From positions 20,739-84,738 of the forward strand of contig JAMLIC010000019.1 of NCBI GenBank assembly GCA_023954375.1: 64,000 nucleotides of DNA. Reading direction: 5' to 3'. This document shows positions 1 to 9,051 of the stretch, piece by piece. The DNA is from Planctomycetota bacterium. Lineage in GTDB: Bacteria; Planctomycetota; J058. A program made the translations under genes and the position numbers. The notes beneath the pieces are model-generated. The model had not been told where the DNA came from. It did no database searches and was given only the letters and a program-made list of their open reading frames with translations. Each line of letters opens with the position of its first letter. Within the stretch, counting starts at the first letter, position 1.

Positions 1-1614
1 GACCACGGCCAGGGCCAGGAGGACGACGGGGAGGCGCCGCCGCATGCAGCGCTCGAGCAGCCACAGGTAGGCCCGCTCGAGCCGGCCGTAGAGGCCGCGG
101 CGCGAGCCGCCCGTGACGTGGCCGGCGGCGGCGTCCGACGCGCGCAGGAGGCGCGAGCTCATGAGCGGCGTGAGCGTGAACGAGACCAGCAGGCTGACCA
201 TGACGGCGGCCGCCGACGTGATCCCGAACTGGTAGAGGAAGCGCCCCGAGATGCTCGACATGAACGAGACCGGGACGAAGATCACGGCCAGCGAGAGGGT
301 CGTCGCCAGCACGGCCAGGGCGATCTCGGCCGTGCCCTCGCGGGCCGCCTCGAGCGGCGGGACGCCCTTCTCCTCCGACCAGCGGAAGATGTTCTCGAGG
401 ACGACGATCGCGTCGTCGATCACGACGCCCACCATGAGCACGAGGGCGAGCATGGTCACGCTGTTGAGCGTGAACCCCAGCGCGGCCATGACGCCGAACG
501 TGGCCACGGTCGACGTCGGAATCGCGACGCCGGCGATGACGGTCGAGCGCCAGCTGCGCATGAAGAGGAGCACGACGAGGCAAGCGAGCACGCTGCCCAT
601 CACCAGGTGCGTGGTGATCTCGTGCAGGGCGGCGTGGATGTAGCGCGACTGGTCGCGGATCACCTCGAGCCGCGCGCCGGCCGGCAGCGACGCCCGCGCC
701 TGCTCGAGGCGGGCCTTGACGCCATCGATCACCTCGATCGTGTTGGCGCCCGACTGGCGGCGCACGTCGAGGCTGATGTTGGGCAGGCCGTCGAGGCGCG
801 AGAAGGAGCGCTTCTCCTTCGTCCCGTCCTCCACCCGCCCCACGTCGCGCAGGCGGACGACCGCCTCGCCGCGCCGGGCCACGACGATGCCCTCGAGCTC
901 GCGCGGGTCGCGAACGCGCCCGAGCGTGCGCAGCGACGCCTCGCGCGTGGCGGTGGTCACGTTGCCGCCCGGGACCTCCGCGTTCTCGCGGACGAGCGCC
1001 TCCCGGACCTCCGCGGCCGACACGCCGAGGGCGGCCATGCGCCCGGCGTCGAGCCACACGTTGACCGCCCGCGCCAGGCCGCCCACGACCTCGACCTGCC
1101 CCACGCCGCCCGCGCGCTCGAGGAGCGGCTTGACCCTCAGCTCGGCCAGCTCGGTCAGCTCACGCAGTGGCAGGTCGCCCGTGAGCGCCAGCGTGAGCAC
1201 CGGGGTGGTGTCGTTGTCGAACTTGCTGATGATCGGCGCCTCGGCGTCGACCGGCAGCTGGCGGAGCACGGTGGCGACGCGGTCGCGCACGTCCTGCGCG
1301 GCCGCGTCGATGTCGCGCGACAGGTCGAAGCGGGCGATCACCACCGAGCTGCCCGGGCCCGAGATCGAGCGCAGCTCGTCGAGGCCGGCGGCCTGGTTCA
1401 CCGCCTCCTCGATCCGCTGCGAGACCTCGGTCTCGACCTCCTCGGTCGACGCCCCGGGCAGGGTCGTGCGGATCGAGACGGTCGGCAGGTCGACGGACGG
1501 GAAGCGGTCGACGCCCAGGCGCAGCCAGCTGGCGCCGCCGATCACCACGAGGGTGACGATGATCATCGACCCGAAGACCGGCCGGGCGATGCTGACGTCG
1601 GCCAGGCCGCGCAT
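1..1614 (-). CDS. RND (AcrB/CzcA-type) efflux permease, N-terminal 538 aa; the rest lies beyond the window edge
   Basis: Absent from the ORF track because it has no stop inside the window. The reverse complement of 1501-1614 reads MRGLADVSIARPVFGSMIIVTLVVIGGASWLRLGVDRF, a typical RND N-terminus. The ATG (1614-1612) overlaps the adaptor gene stop (TGATG). The + strand ORFs here are R/D/H-rich antisense artefacts. Confidence 0.85.
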   Translation of the reverse strand, partial: MRGLADVSIARPVFGSMIIVTLVVIGGASWLRLGVDRFPSVDLPTVSIRTTLPGASTEEVETEVSQRIEEAVNQAAGLDELRSISGPGSSVVIARFDLSRDIDAAAQDVRDRVATVLRQLPVDAEAPIISKFDNDTTPVLTLALTGDLPLRELTELAELRVKPLLERAGGVGQVEVVGGLARAVNVWLDAGRMAALGVSAAEVREALVRENAEVPGGNVTTATREASLRTLGRVRDPRELEGIVVARRGEAVVRLRDVGRVEDGTKEKRSFSRLDGLPNISLDVRRQSGANTIEVIDGVKARLEQARASLPAGARLEVIRDQSRYIHAALHEITTHLVMGSVLACLVVLLFMRSWRSTVIAGVAIPTSTVATFGVMAALGFTLNSVTMLALVLMVGVVIDDAIVVLENIFRWSEEKGVPPLEAAREGTAEIALAVLATTLSLAVIFVPVSFMSSISGRFLYQFGITSAAAVMVSLLVSFTLTPLMSSRLLRASDAAAGHVTGGSRRGLYGRLERAYLWLLERCMRRRLPVVLLALAVV

Positions 1615-2843
1615 CAGTCGGCGACCACCGGCTGGCCGGCGCGCAGCGCGCCGGGCTCGAGCACGACCCGCTCGCCGGCGGCGACCCCGTGAAGGAGCTC
1701 GATGCGCCCGGCGTCGCGCCGGCCGAGCGTGACCCGGCGCTCCGCGACCGCGCCGCCCTCGACGACGAGGACCTTGTGCAGGCCGGCGAAGGTGCGCAGG
1801 GCCACGGGCGGGACGACGAGGGCCGTGGCCTCGGGGTCGACGACGAGCTCGAGCCGGGCGAACGCGCCCGCGCGCAGGGCGCCGCCCGGGTTGGGCAGGT
1901 CGGCCTCGACCACGAGCGCGCGCCCCGGGTCGCTCAGGGCCGGGCTCACGCGGGCGACCGTCACCAGGAGCGGCGCCGTCCGGCCCTCTGGCCACACGCG
2001 GGCCGCCTGGCCGACGCGGACGCGCCCCGCGAGCCGCTCGGGCACCTCGGCGCGGACGCGCAGGGGGTCGACGCTCACGACCCGCGCCACCGGGGCGCCC
2101 GGCTGCACGTGGTCGCCCGGGGCCACGAGGCGGTCGAGGACGGCCCCGTCGAAGGGCGCGACCACCTGCGCCCGGGCGAGGCGCTCGCGCGCGGCGCGCA
2201 GCTCGGCCTGGCGCTGGGCGAGGACGGCGCGGCGCGTGCGCACCTCGTCCCGTGCGTCCTCGAGGCGGCTCCGCGCCGCCCGGAGGGCGGCGGCCGCGGC
2301 GTCGAGGTCCGCCGGCGAGGCGACCCCCTGGCCGCGCAGCGCCACGACGCGCCCGTGCTCGGCCTCGGCCTGCTCGAGGAGGGCGCGGGCGACGGCGACG
2401 ACCGGCACCTCGTCGGTCCCGGGCGCGTCGCCGCTCGCCGGGCCGTCGCCCGCCAGCCCCAGGCGCGCGCGCGCCTCGGCCAGCGCGGCCTCGGCGCGCT
2501 CGACCTCGAGGGCCAGGTCGGTGTCATCGAGCGCCACGAGCGGGGCCCCGGCGGCCACCGGGGCGCCGATGTCCACCAGCGCCGCGCGCACGCGCCCGGC
2601 GACCTCGGCCGCGACGGTGGCCCGCTCGCGCGGCAGGAGCGAGCCCGTCACCTCGACGACCTCCTCCCAGCGCTCGGCCGCGACGACGGCGGTGCGCACC
2701 GCCCGCGGCGGGGCCGGGGCCGCCGGCGCGGCCGGTCCCGCCGCGTCGCAGCCCGCCTGCACCAGAGTGAGGGCGGTCAGCCCGAGGGCGAGGCGGAGGT
2801 GGGCGCGCGGCCCGCGTCGCGCGCGGCGGTGGCGGCCGGGCAT
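1614..2843 (-). CDS. RND efflux periplasmic adaptor (HlyD/MFP family) lipoprotein
   Basis: 409-aa ORF with lipobox LVQAGC and a coiled-coil adaptor-like sequence (ATVAAEVAGRV...LDDTDLALEVERAEAALAEARARL). It is translationally coupled to the downstream RND gene. Confidence 0.85.
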   Translation of the reverse strand: MPGRHRRARRGPRAHLRLALGLTALTLVQAGCDAAGPAAPAAPAPPRAVRTAVVAAERWEEVVEVTGSLLPRERATVAAEVAGRVRAALVDIGAPVAAGAPLVALDDTDLALEVERAEAALAEARARLGLAGDGPASGDAPGTDEVPVVAVARALLEQAEAEHGRVVALRGQGVASPADLDAAAAALRAARSRLEDARDEVRTRRAVLAQRQAELRAARERLARAQVVAPFDGAVLDRLVAPGDHVQPGAPVARVVSVDPLRVRAEVPERLAGRVRVGQAARVWPEGRTAPLLVTVARVSPALSDPGRALVVEADLPNPGGALRAGAFARLELVVDPEATALVVPPVALRTFAGLHKVLVVEGGAVAERRVTLGRRDAGRIELLHGVAAGERVVLEPGALRAGQPVVAD

Positions 2844-2850
2844 CTCGCGG

Positions 2851-3621
2851 TCAGACGCCCTTCTTGAGCCGCAGGCCCAGGTTGTCGCTCAGGCGCTCGA
2901 CCGCCTTGATCTTGGCGACCACCGCGTCGACGTCGTACTCGATCCGCCGGAAGCGGATCGAGTTGTTGTCGACGATCACGTAGCAGGAGCGCGGGTCGTT
3001 GTCGCGCGGCTGGCCGACCGAGCCCACGTTGACGATCACCTTCCGCTTGTCGCGCGTGTAGGTGAAGTTGTGCTCGATCTCGCCCGGCGTGACGTACTCC
3101 AGGTCCTCGTTGATGATGCACGGCGTGTGGCTGTGCCCGACGAAGAGGACCTTCTCGAAGCTGGCGAAGATCTCGTCGAACTTCTCGTAGGCGCCGTTGT
3201 AGATGTCCTCGCGCAGGATGTACTCGATCGTCGGCTGCCGCGGCGAGCCGTGGACGAAGTACAGGCCGTTGGTCTGGAAGCGCAGGGGCATGCGCTTCAG
3301 GTACTCCCAGCGGTCGGACTCCTTGCCGTCCTTGACCTGGATCTCCTCGCGGGTCCAGTCGATCGCCTCGCGCGCCCACGCGTTGAAGTTCTGCGCCCCC
3401 TTGAGGACGGCCTCGTCGTGGTTGCCCATGAGGCTCACGCGGACCGTCTTCATGGTCATCTCGAGGACGGGGCGCGGCTCGGGGCCGTAGCCGACGATGT
3501 CGCCGAGGCAGATGATGTCGTCGACCTGCTGCGACCTGATGTCGTCGAGCACGGCCGTGACCGCCTCGACGTTGCTGTGCAGGTCGCTGATGATCGCGTA
3601 GCGACGGGTGAGCTGGGTCAT
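2851..3621 (-). CDS. Metallophosphoesterase (calcineurin-like, YfcE/MJ0936-type)
   Basis: ORF 2851-3891 trimmed to Met91 (ATG 3621) with GGGAGGG upstream. Motifs present: DLHSN, GDIVGYGP, GNHD, GHSH, GSVGQPRD. Confidence 0.85.
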   Translation of the reverse strand: MTQLTRRYAIISDLHSNVEAVTAVLDDIRSQQVDDIICLGDIVGYGPEPRPVLEMTMKTVRVSLMGNHDEAVLKGAQNFNAWAREAIDWTREEIQVKDGKESDRWEYLKRMPLRFQTNGLYFVHGSPRQPTIEYILREDIYNGAYEKFDEIFASFEKVLFVGHSHTPCIINEDLEYVTPGEIEHNFTYTRDKRKVIVNVGSVGQPRDNDPRSCYVIVDNNSIRFRRIEYDVDAVVAKIKAVERLSDNLGLRLKKGV

Positions 3622-3623
3622 GA

Positions 3624-3642
3624 GGAGGCCCTCCCGGCCTCC
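3624..3642 (-). promoter_or_regulatory. 7-bp hairpin overlapping the Shine-Dalgarno of the phosphoesterase gene
   Basis: The minus-strand RNA reads GGAGGCC-GGGAG-GGCCUCC-UC-AUG. The stem is 3624-3630 paired with 3636-3642, and it ends 2 nt before the start codon. Confidence 0.3.
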
Positions 3643-4062
3643 GGAAATGTATCGGAGCGGCCGGGTCGACGCGAGGGCCGGGTGCAACCCAGGTAGGTCG
3701 CGCGCGGCGCTCCGGCCACTCCGCAGCCCCGCGTCGGCCAGGCGCAACCTCCTCCGGTCAGCGACGCCCCGGCGGGGGTCGCGCAGGCGCGCCCGCGAGG
3801 CGGGCGGCCGGCTCCATCGCCGGGCGGTCGTCGCGCGCGCCGCGCGGAGGCGGGCGCGCAGGTGAAGGTCGAGCCGCTCGGTCGGGCGCACGTCGACCGC
3901 GCGCCGCGCAGGTCGTCGAGGCCGAGGCGCGCGCGCGTGCAGGGCGCGCCCGCACCGCGCGTTCAGCGCCGGCGCGCGGTCGCAGCGGCGCGACCCCGGG
4001 AGGTCGCCCGGGCGCTCCTACGAGATCCTGCGCTCGTGGTGGCCTCTGGATAGCATGACCGG

Positions 4063-5208
4063 GTGCTCCCCACCGCTGCCAACCTGCGCCTGTTGGCCCT
4101 GCGCGCGGCGATCTTCGTCTCCGTGGCCTGGGGCGTGCTCCTGGCGCTGGGTGCGCTGGACGCCCCTGGCATGGCGCTCACCGGGCTCGCCGTGGCGCTG
4201 ATCACGCCGTCATGGCAGCTCGAGCTGCGCGCGGCCGGCGCCCCGCCGGGAGCGGAGCCGAACGCCCCGTTCCTCGTGTGGATCGTCGCCGCGGCGGCGG
4301 CCCTGTTCTGGGGCGTGCAAGCCCCCTACCTGCTTGCGGTGCTCAGGACGGGCTCGATCGGCGCCGGCCTGGACGACGGCTGGCACATGGTCGAACAGCT
4401 CGCCGGAGCGCCGGCCCAGACCGCGCTCGCCGCGTTCGCGGCGGGCTGCCCCTTCGCGCTGGCCTGCCACGTGCGTCTGCGCGGCTGGGAGCCGCGCGCG
4501 ACGGTGTTCCTGGGCGCCTACGCGCTGCTCCTCGGCTCCACGTGCCTGATGTTCCTCACGCTCCCTGCCCTGGTCGTCACCACGTTCGTCCTCGTCCGCC
4601 TCTACGGGCTGGCCGACGCCCTGGCGCGGCTGCTGCGCCGGTCGGGCGCGCACGACGGGGTGTGGCCGCTCGGGCTGCCGACGCACGCGACGCTCTGGCG
4701 CCTCGGCTACCTGGGCCACGCGCCGGCGCGCGAGGCCCTGGGCTGGCGCGACGAGCCGTCGCGAGACCTGCAGGCGTTCGTGCGCGGCCTGGAGCCGGCG
4801 GGGCGCCTCGTCTGCGCGCAGGCGGCGGCCGCCGCGGCCCGGCTGGCGCTGCCCTACCTCGAGGAGCGCCGGACGGGCGACGCCGCCCCGCGCCACCTGG
4901 TGGAGGCGCTGGAGGCCTGGTCGAGAGAGGGGACCCCTGCGACGCGCGAGGCTGCGCTGGCGGCGCTCTCCGCCTGCCCGGCCCCCGAAGAGGCCCCCGC
5001 CGCGCGCGTGCTGCACGAGGCGGCGCAGGCGCTCGAGGGTGAGCCGCCCTGGGCCACGGTGACGGCGGCGGTCGCCGCCGCCCGCGCCGCCGGACTGGTC
5101 GCCGAGCTCATGGACGGACCTGCGCCCACGCGAGAGGCGCTGCGCGTGATGCTCCTGGAGCGCACGCTGGAGGAGGCGCTGCCGGCGAACAGGGACCAGG
5201 CGCGCTAG
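4063..5208 (+). CDS. Hypothetical membrane protein
   Basis: 381-aa ORF with a GTG start. It has several hydrophobic helices in the first ~190 aa, then an Ala/Leu-rich soluble part. No family recognised. Confidence 0.55.
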   Translation: MLPTAANLRLLALRAAIFVSVAWGVLLALGALDAPGMALTGLAVALITPSWQLELRAAGAPPGAEPNAPFLVWIVAAAAALFWGVQAPYLLAVLRTGSIGAGLDDGWHMVEQLAGAPAQTALAAFAAGCPFALACHVRLRGWEPRATVFLGAYALLLGSTCLMFLTLPALVVTTFVLVRLYGLADALARLLRRSGAHDGVWPLGLPTHATLWRLGYLGHAPAREALGWRDEPSRDLQAFVRGLEPAGRLVCAQAAAAAARLALPYLEERRTGDAAPRHLVEALEAWSREGTPATREAALAALSACPAPEEAPAARVLHEAAQALEGEPPWATVTAAVAAARAAGLVAELMDGPAPTREALRVMLLERTLEEALPANRDQAR

Positions 5209-6527
5209 CGCCGCCCGACCTCCTCGTCCTCGTCGGCCAGCGCGCCCACGTCGGCCAGGGCGGCGCGGGCGGTGCGCCGCAGGAGCGGCGCGGCGAGGGG
5301 GCCAGGCGAGACGGTGCGCTCGTAGCGGAAGCGGTCGGCGTCGAAGTCGTCCTCCGGGAGCAGGTAGCCCAGCTCGTCGTTGCCGAGGCTGACGACGAGC
5401 GCGACCGGCGCGTCGATCAGGCGCTGGAGCTGGAAGCCGAGGCGCGGGACGACCTCGCCCGGCGCGGCGAGGAGGACGACCGGGCCCAGGCGCAGGGCCT
5501 GCACCTCGGTGCGCGTGTGGCCGCGGTCGAAGGGGCGGCCGGCGAAGATCCCGAGCGACGCGCCGAGGTGGTAGCGGCGGTTCTGGATCGGCATCCAGAT
5601 CGGGTGCGAGGCCGCGGCCAGCGCGAGCGCCTCCGGCGCGTCGTGGCCGCCGGCGAGCGCCTCGAGCGCCAGGTCGCCCAGGGCCGCGCCGATGCGCGCC
5701 GCCTCCTCGAAGGTGCGCCGACCCCCGTCGTCGGTCGTGACCATGCCGCCCAGCGGGCCGTTGAGGAACAGGGCGACACCGCCGCGGGCGGCCTCGACCG
5801 TGACGTAGAGCGCCTGCGGGAAGTCGGCGGAGATGAGCCGGTTCGACGACGTGACCGCCTCCGGGTGGCAGGCGTAGTGGACGAGCGTGGCCACGGGCGT
5901 CCCGTCGGGCCGGTCGAGCCCGAGCGTCGTGACGGTGCGGTCGATGAGCTCGCGGTCGCGCCGGTTCTTGCTGATCCCCTCGACCGGCGCCTGGAGCTGG
6001 CCCCAGCGCAGGCGCGCGGGGGCGAGGTTGGCGACCGCCACGTCGGCGACCTGCGCGAGCGCCTGGAGCAGCCGCCCCTGGTAGCCCTCGTCGACGCCCG
6101 TCCACAGGGGCGGCAGCCCCCACATGCCGAGCGTGTCCGGGCCGGCGTGGTTGTGCGTCGCGTGGACGAGGACCGCCTCGCCCGGGGCCTTGTCGGCCAG
6201 CCGCGCGCGCACGACCTGCACGTGATGGTTGTGGAGGCCCACCAGGTCGGCCGAGATGATCACCAGGGTCACGTCGCCCGTGCGCAGGGCGAGCGCGCGC
6301 GCCCAGATCGGGTCGTGGACCCCCTGGCTCCGGCGGAGGATCTTGCTCCCGCCCATGTACATGTCGTGGTCGGGGGTGATGTCGACCTTCGCCGCGCCCG
6401 CGAGCAGCGGCCCGCGCGGGGCCTCGACGCGGGCGGAGGGGAGCGCGTCCTCGCGGTAGTCGTCGGGCGGGCAGAGGAAGGCGCAGCCGGCGAGGGCCAG
6501 GGCGACGAGCGGCAGGGCGCGGGTCAC
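5205..6527 (-). CDS. Lipoprotein resembling the neutral/alkaline ceramidase N-terminal domain family
   Basis: 440 aa with a GTG start in a GTGA overlap with the upstream stop and lipobox LALAGC. Sequence strings GVHDPIWARALAL, VIISADLVG and HATHNHAGPD support the family call. Confidence 0.7.
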   Translation of the reverse strand: MTRALPLVALALAGCAFLCPPDDYREDALPSARVEAPRGPLLAGAAKVDITPDHDMYMGGSKILRRSQGVHDPIWARALALRTGDVTLVIISADLVGLHNHHVQVVRARLADKAPGEAVLVHATHNHAGPDTLGMWGLPPLWTGVDEGYQGRLLQALAQVADVAVANLAPARLRWGQLQAPVEGISKNRRDRELIDRTVTTLGLDRPDGTPVATLVHYACHPEAVTSSNRLISADFPQALYVTVEAARGGVALFLNGPLGGMVTTDDGGRRTFEEAARIGAALGDLALEALAGGHDAPEALALAAASHPIWMPIQNRRYHLGASLGIFAGRPFDRGHTRTEVQALRLGPVVLLAAPGEVVPRLGFQLQRLIDAPVALVVSLGNDELGYLLPEDDFDADRFRYERTVSPGPLAAPLLRRTARAALADVGALADEDEEVGRR

Positions 6528-7372
6528 GCGAACGCCTCCAGCCGCTGGCCGCGCCCGGCCGCGACGACGCGGCCGAGGGCCACGGCCGGCTCGTGATAGA
6601 GGACGTGCGCCCAGCCGGCGTCGACCGCGGGGCCGAGCAGGTCGCGCTTCCGCTCGAACGCCTCGACCGGGTAGAGGTCGAAGCCCATGACCCAGTGCGG
6701 GCGCAGGTGGGCGGCCGTCGGCACGAGGTCGCCCCAGAACGCCAGGGTCGCCCCGCCGCCGTCGACGCGCACCACCTGGTGCCCGCGGGTGTGGCCGCCC
6801 GTGCGCACGACGCGCACGCCCGGGGCGACCTCGGCGTCGCCCGCGACCGGGGCGAGGAGGTCGGTCAGCGGCGCCCAGTCGTCCTGCACGTAGCTGGCGC
6901 GGCAGAGCGGGCAGTCGGCGGCGGCGTCGTCGAGCTCGTCTCGCTGCACGACGACGCGCGCGCGCGGGAAGCGCGGCCGGCCGTCGGCGCGGACGAGGCC
7001 GCCGGCGTGGTCGAAGTGCAGGTGCGTGAGCACGACGAGGTCGACCTGGTCGGGTGCGACGCCGAGCGCGGCGAGCTGGTCCTCGAGCGGCGGGCCGGCG
7101 GCCAGGGCCACGCGCTCGGCGAAGCGCGCGTCGCGCCGCTCGGGGCCGATCCCGGCGTCGAGGAGGACCGTCCGCCCTCCGGTCCGCACCAGGAGCGGGC
7201 GCATGGCGAGCGTGACGCGGTTCTGGTCGTCGGGCGGCAGGAGGGGCGCCCAGAGCGCGCGCGGCACGACGCGGAACATGGCCCCGCCGTCGAGGCGGAA
7301 GGCGCCGCCGTCGAGCAGGTCCACGCGCGCGTCACCGAGGCGCAGGGCGCCGCCGGAGATGGGCTCGATCAT
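6524..7372 (-). CDS. MBL-fold metallo-hydrolase
   Basis: ORF 6524-7504 trimmed to Met45 (ATG 7372). It has the HxHxDH motif LTHLHFDHAGG and a later GGHTRGH. Confidence 0.85.
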   Translation of the reverse strand: MIEPISGGALRLGDARVDLLDGGAFRLDGGAMFRVVPRALWAPLLPPDDQNRVTLAMRPLLVRTGGRTVLLDAGIGPERRDARFAERVALAAGPPLEDQLAALGVAPDQVDLVVLTHLHFDHAGGLVRADGRPRFPRARVVVQRDELDDAAADCPLCRASYVQDDWAPLTDLLAPVAGDAEVAPGVRVVRTGGHTRGHQVVRVDGGGATLAFWGDLVPTAAHLRPHWVMGFDLYPVEAFERKRDLLGPAVDAGWAHVLYHEPAVALGRVVAAGRGQRLEAFA

Positions 7373-7537
7373 GCGCGCGACTCTAAGGGAGGGGCGCGGC
7401 GGCGGAAGGGGCGCGGCGGACGCGCGGGGGCGGGGCACCTGACGCGCGCCGGGTGAGGGCGCTCGGGTCACCCGACCGCAACGTCCGTCGTGGTGGGGTG
7501 GCACACACGTTGCCCCGGCCCGCCCCCGGGAGGGACG

Positions 7538-9001
7538 GTGCGCTCACTCCGGGTCTGGATCGGGCTGGCGGCGGCGCTGGTCGGCTGCCGCGACGCGTCG
7601 CGCGCCGGCGTGCCGTTCCTGGAGTTCGAGACGCGGATCATCGAGGCCGAGGGCCCGCCCGAGGGCGCCGTCGTCACGCGCGCCCTCGAGTACGAGCCCC
7701 TCGCGACCAGCCGCGCCCGCCTCGACGCCGCGCAGGCCGGCGCGCGCGCGGACGTGCCGCCGGCGCTCGTCGACGCGCTGGCGCCCGCCCCGCTCCTGCG
7801 CCTCGCCCACGTCGCCGACGTGCACGTGCGCGAGGAGCGGGCCCGCCTGTTCGTCTTCGGCGAGGAGGCGGCCGAGCTCCCCGGGGCGTCGCTCGTCTCG
7901 CCCCTCCAGGCCGGCTCGCGCCCGCCGCGCCTCGCCGCCAACACCGCCTTCATGTGGCTGGGGCTGGTGATGACCCTGAACGAGGTCCACCGCCAGGCGC
8001 CGCTCGACGTGGTGATCCACTCGGGCGACGTCGCGGACGTGAACCTGCGCAGCGAGCTGTGGCGCTTCCTCGACGTGGCGCGCCGCCTCGACCCGCCGCT
8101 GCTCCTGGCCCCCGGTAACCACGACGTGCTCGCCTGGGGCGTGTGGCGGCGCGGCCGGCCGGCGCTTGGCGCGTCGCTCGACGAGGACGTCGAGGTCGAC
8201 GACGACCGCGTCGCCGCGACCTTCGCCCTCAACCAGGAGCGCCTCCTGCAGAGCGCCGGCGAGCACCTCGAGGCGGTGCGCGAGGTCGTCGGCGAGCAGG
8301 GGGTGCACGCGCCGACCTTCGCGGCCTTCGGCGCGCGCGACTTCGGCTTCGACCTCGCGCCGGTCGAGGGCGCGCTCTACTACGCCGTCGACCTCGTCCC
8401 CCCCGGCCCGGACGGCCGGCCCGGCGTGCTCCTCGTGGCGCTCGACACGAACCGCCGCGGCGGCGGGCCCGACCCCGAGATCGACGACGCGCAGCTCGCC
8501 TGGCTCGACGAGCGCCTCGCCGAGGCCGCCGCGCGCGGGCAGGTCGTGGTCGTCGTGGGGCACCACCCGCTCGTGCGCACCCCGCGCGGGCTCGTGGACC
8601 TCGTGCTCCCGGTCGACGACCTCGACGACCTCCGCGCGTCGCTGCTCGCCCGCCCCGAGGTGGCCCTCTACCTCACCGGGCACACCCACGAGCCCGAGGT
8701 CCACCTCCTCCTGGGCAGCGGGGGCGCGCCGGCCCTCCTGCAGGTCAACCCGGGCGCGCTGATCCGTCCGCCGCAGACCGCGGCGATCGTGGAGCTCTCG
8801 GTCGAGGGCGACGACCTCGTGATCGACGCCCGGCGGGTCGGCGCCCTGATCGCGGAGGGCTCGACGCTCGCCGGTCACCTGCAGGAGAGCCGCGCCGGCG
8901 CGGAGGAGGCCCGCGTCGAGGGCGCGCCGAGGCCGTGGGACCCGGTGCGCGTGCGCAAGCGCCTCCCGGGCCGGCCGGCCGCCCTGGCCGGCGGGCGCTG
9001 A
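7538..9001 (+). CDS. Metallophosphoesterase lipoprotein
   Basis: ORF 7490-9001. I prefer GTG 7538 because it is preceded by GGGAGGGA and begins the signal peptide with lipobox LVGC. Motifs present: HVADVH, GD, GNHD, GHHP, GHTH. Confidence 0.75.
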   Translation: MRSLRVWIGLAAALVGCRDASRAGVPFLEFETRIIEAEGPPEGAVVTRALEYEPLATSRARLDAAQAGARADVPPALVDALAPAPLLRLAHVADVHVREERARLFVFGEEAAELPGASLVSPLQAGSRPPRLAANTAFMWLGLVMTLNEVHRQAPLDVVIHSGDVADVNLRSELWRFLDVARRLDPPLLLAPGNHDVLAWGVWRRGRPALGASLDEDVEVDDDRVAATFALNQERLLQSAGEHLEAVREVVGEQGVHAPTFAAFGARDFGFDLAPVEGALYYAVDLVPPGPDGRPGVLLVALDTNRRGGGPDPEIDDAQLAWLDERLAEAAARGQVVVVVGHHPLVRTPRGLVDLVLPVDDLDDLRASLLARPEVALYLTGHTHEPEVHLLLGSGGAPALLQVNPGALIRPPQTAAIVELSVEGDDLVIDARRVGALIAEGSTLAGHLQESRAGAEEARVEGAPRPWDPVRVRKRLPGRPAALAGGR

Positions 9002-9051
9002 CGACGCGCGCGCGGGGGCGGCCCCGGCGACCGCGGGGTTAGAGTGCGGCC

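Noticed and set aside
118-1732. + strand ORFs 118-1692, 251-643 and 716-1732
   Set aside because: They are antisense to a clearly recognisable RND permease. Their composition (R/D/H/E or S/R/T runs) is not protein-like.
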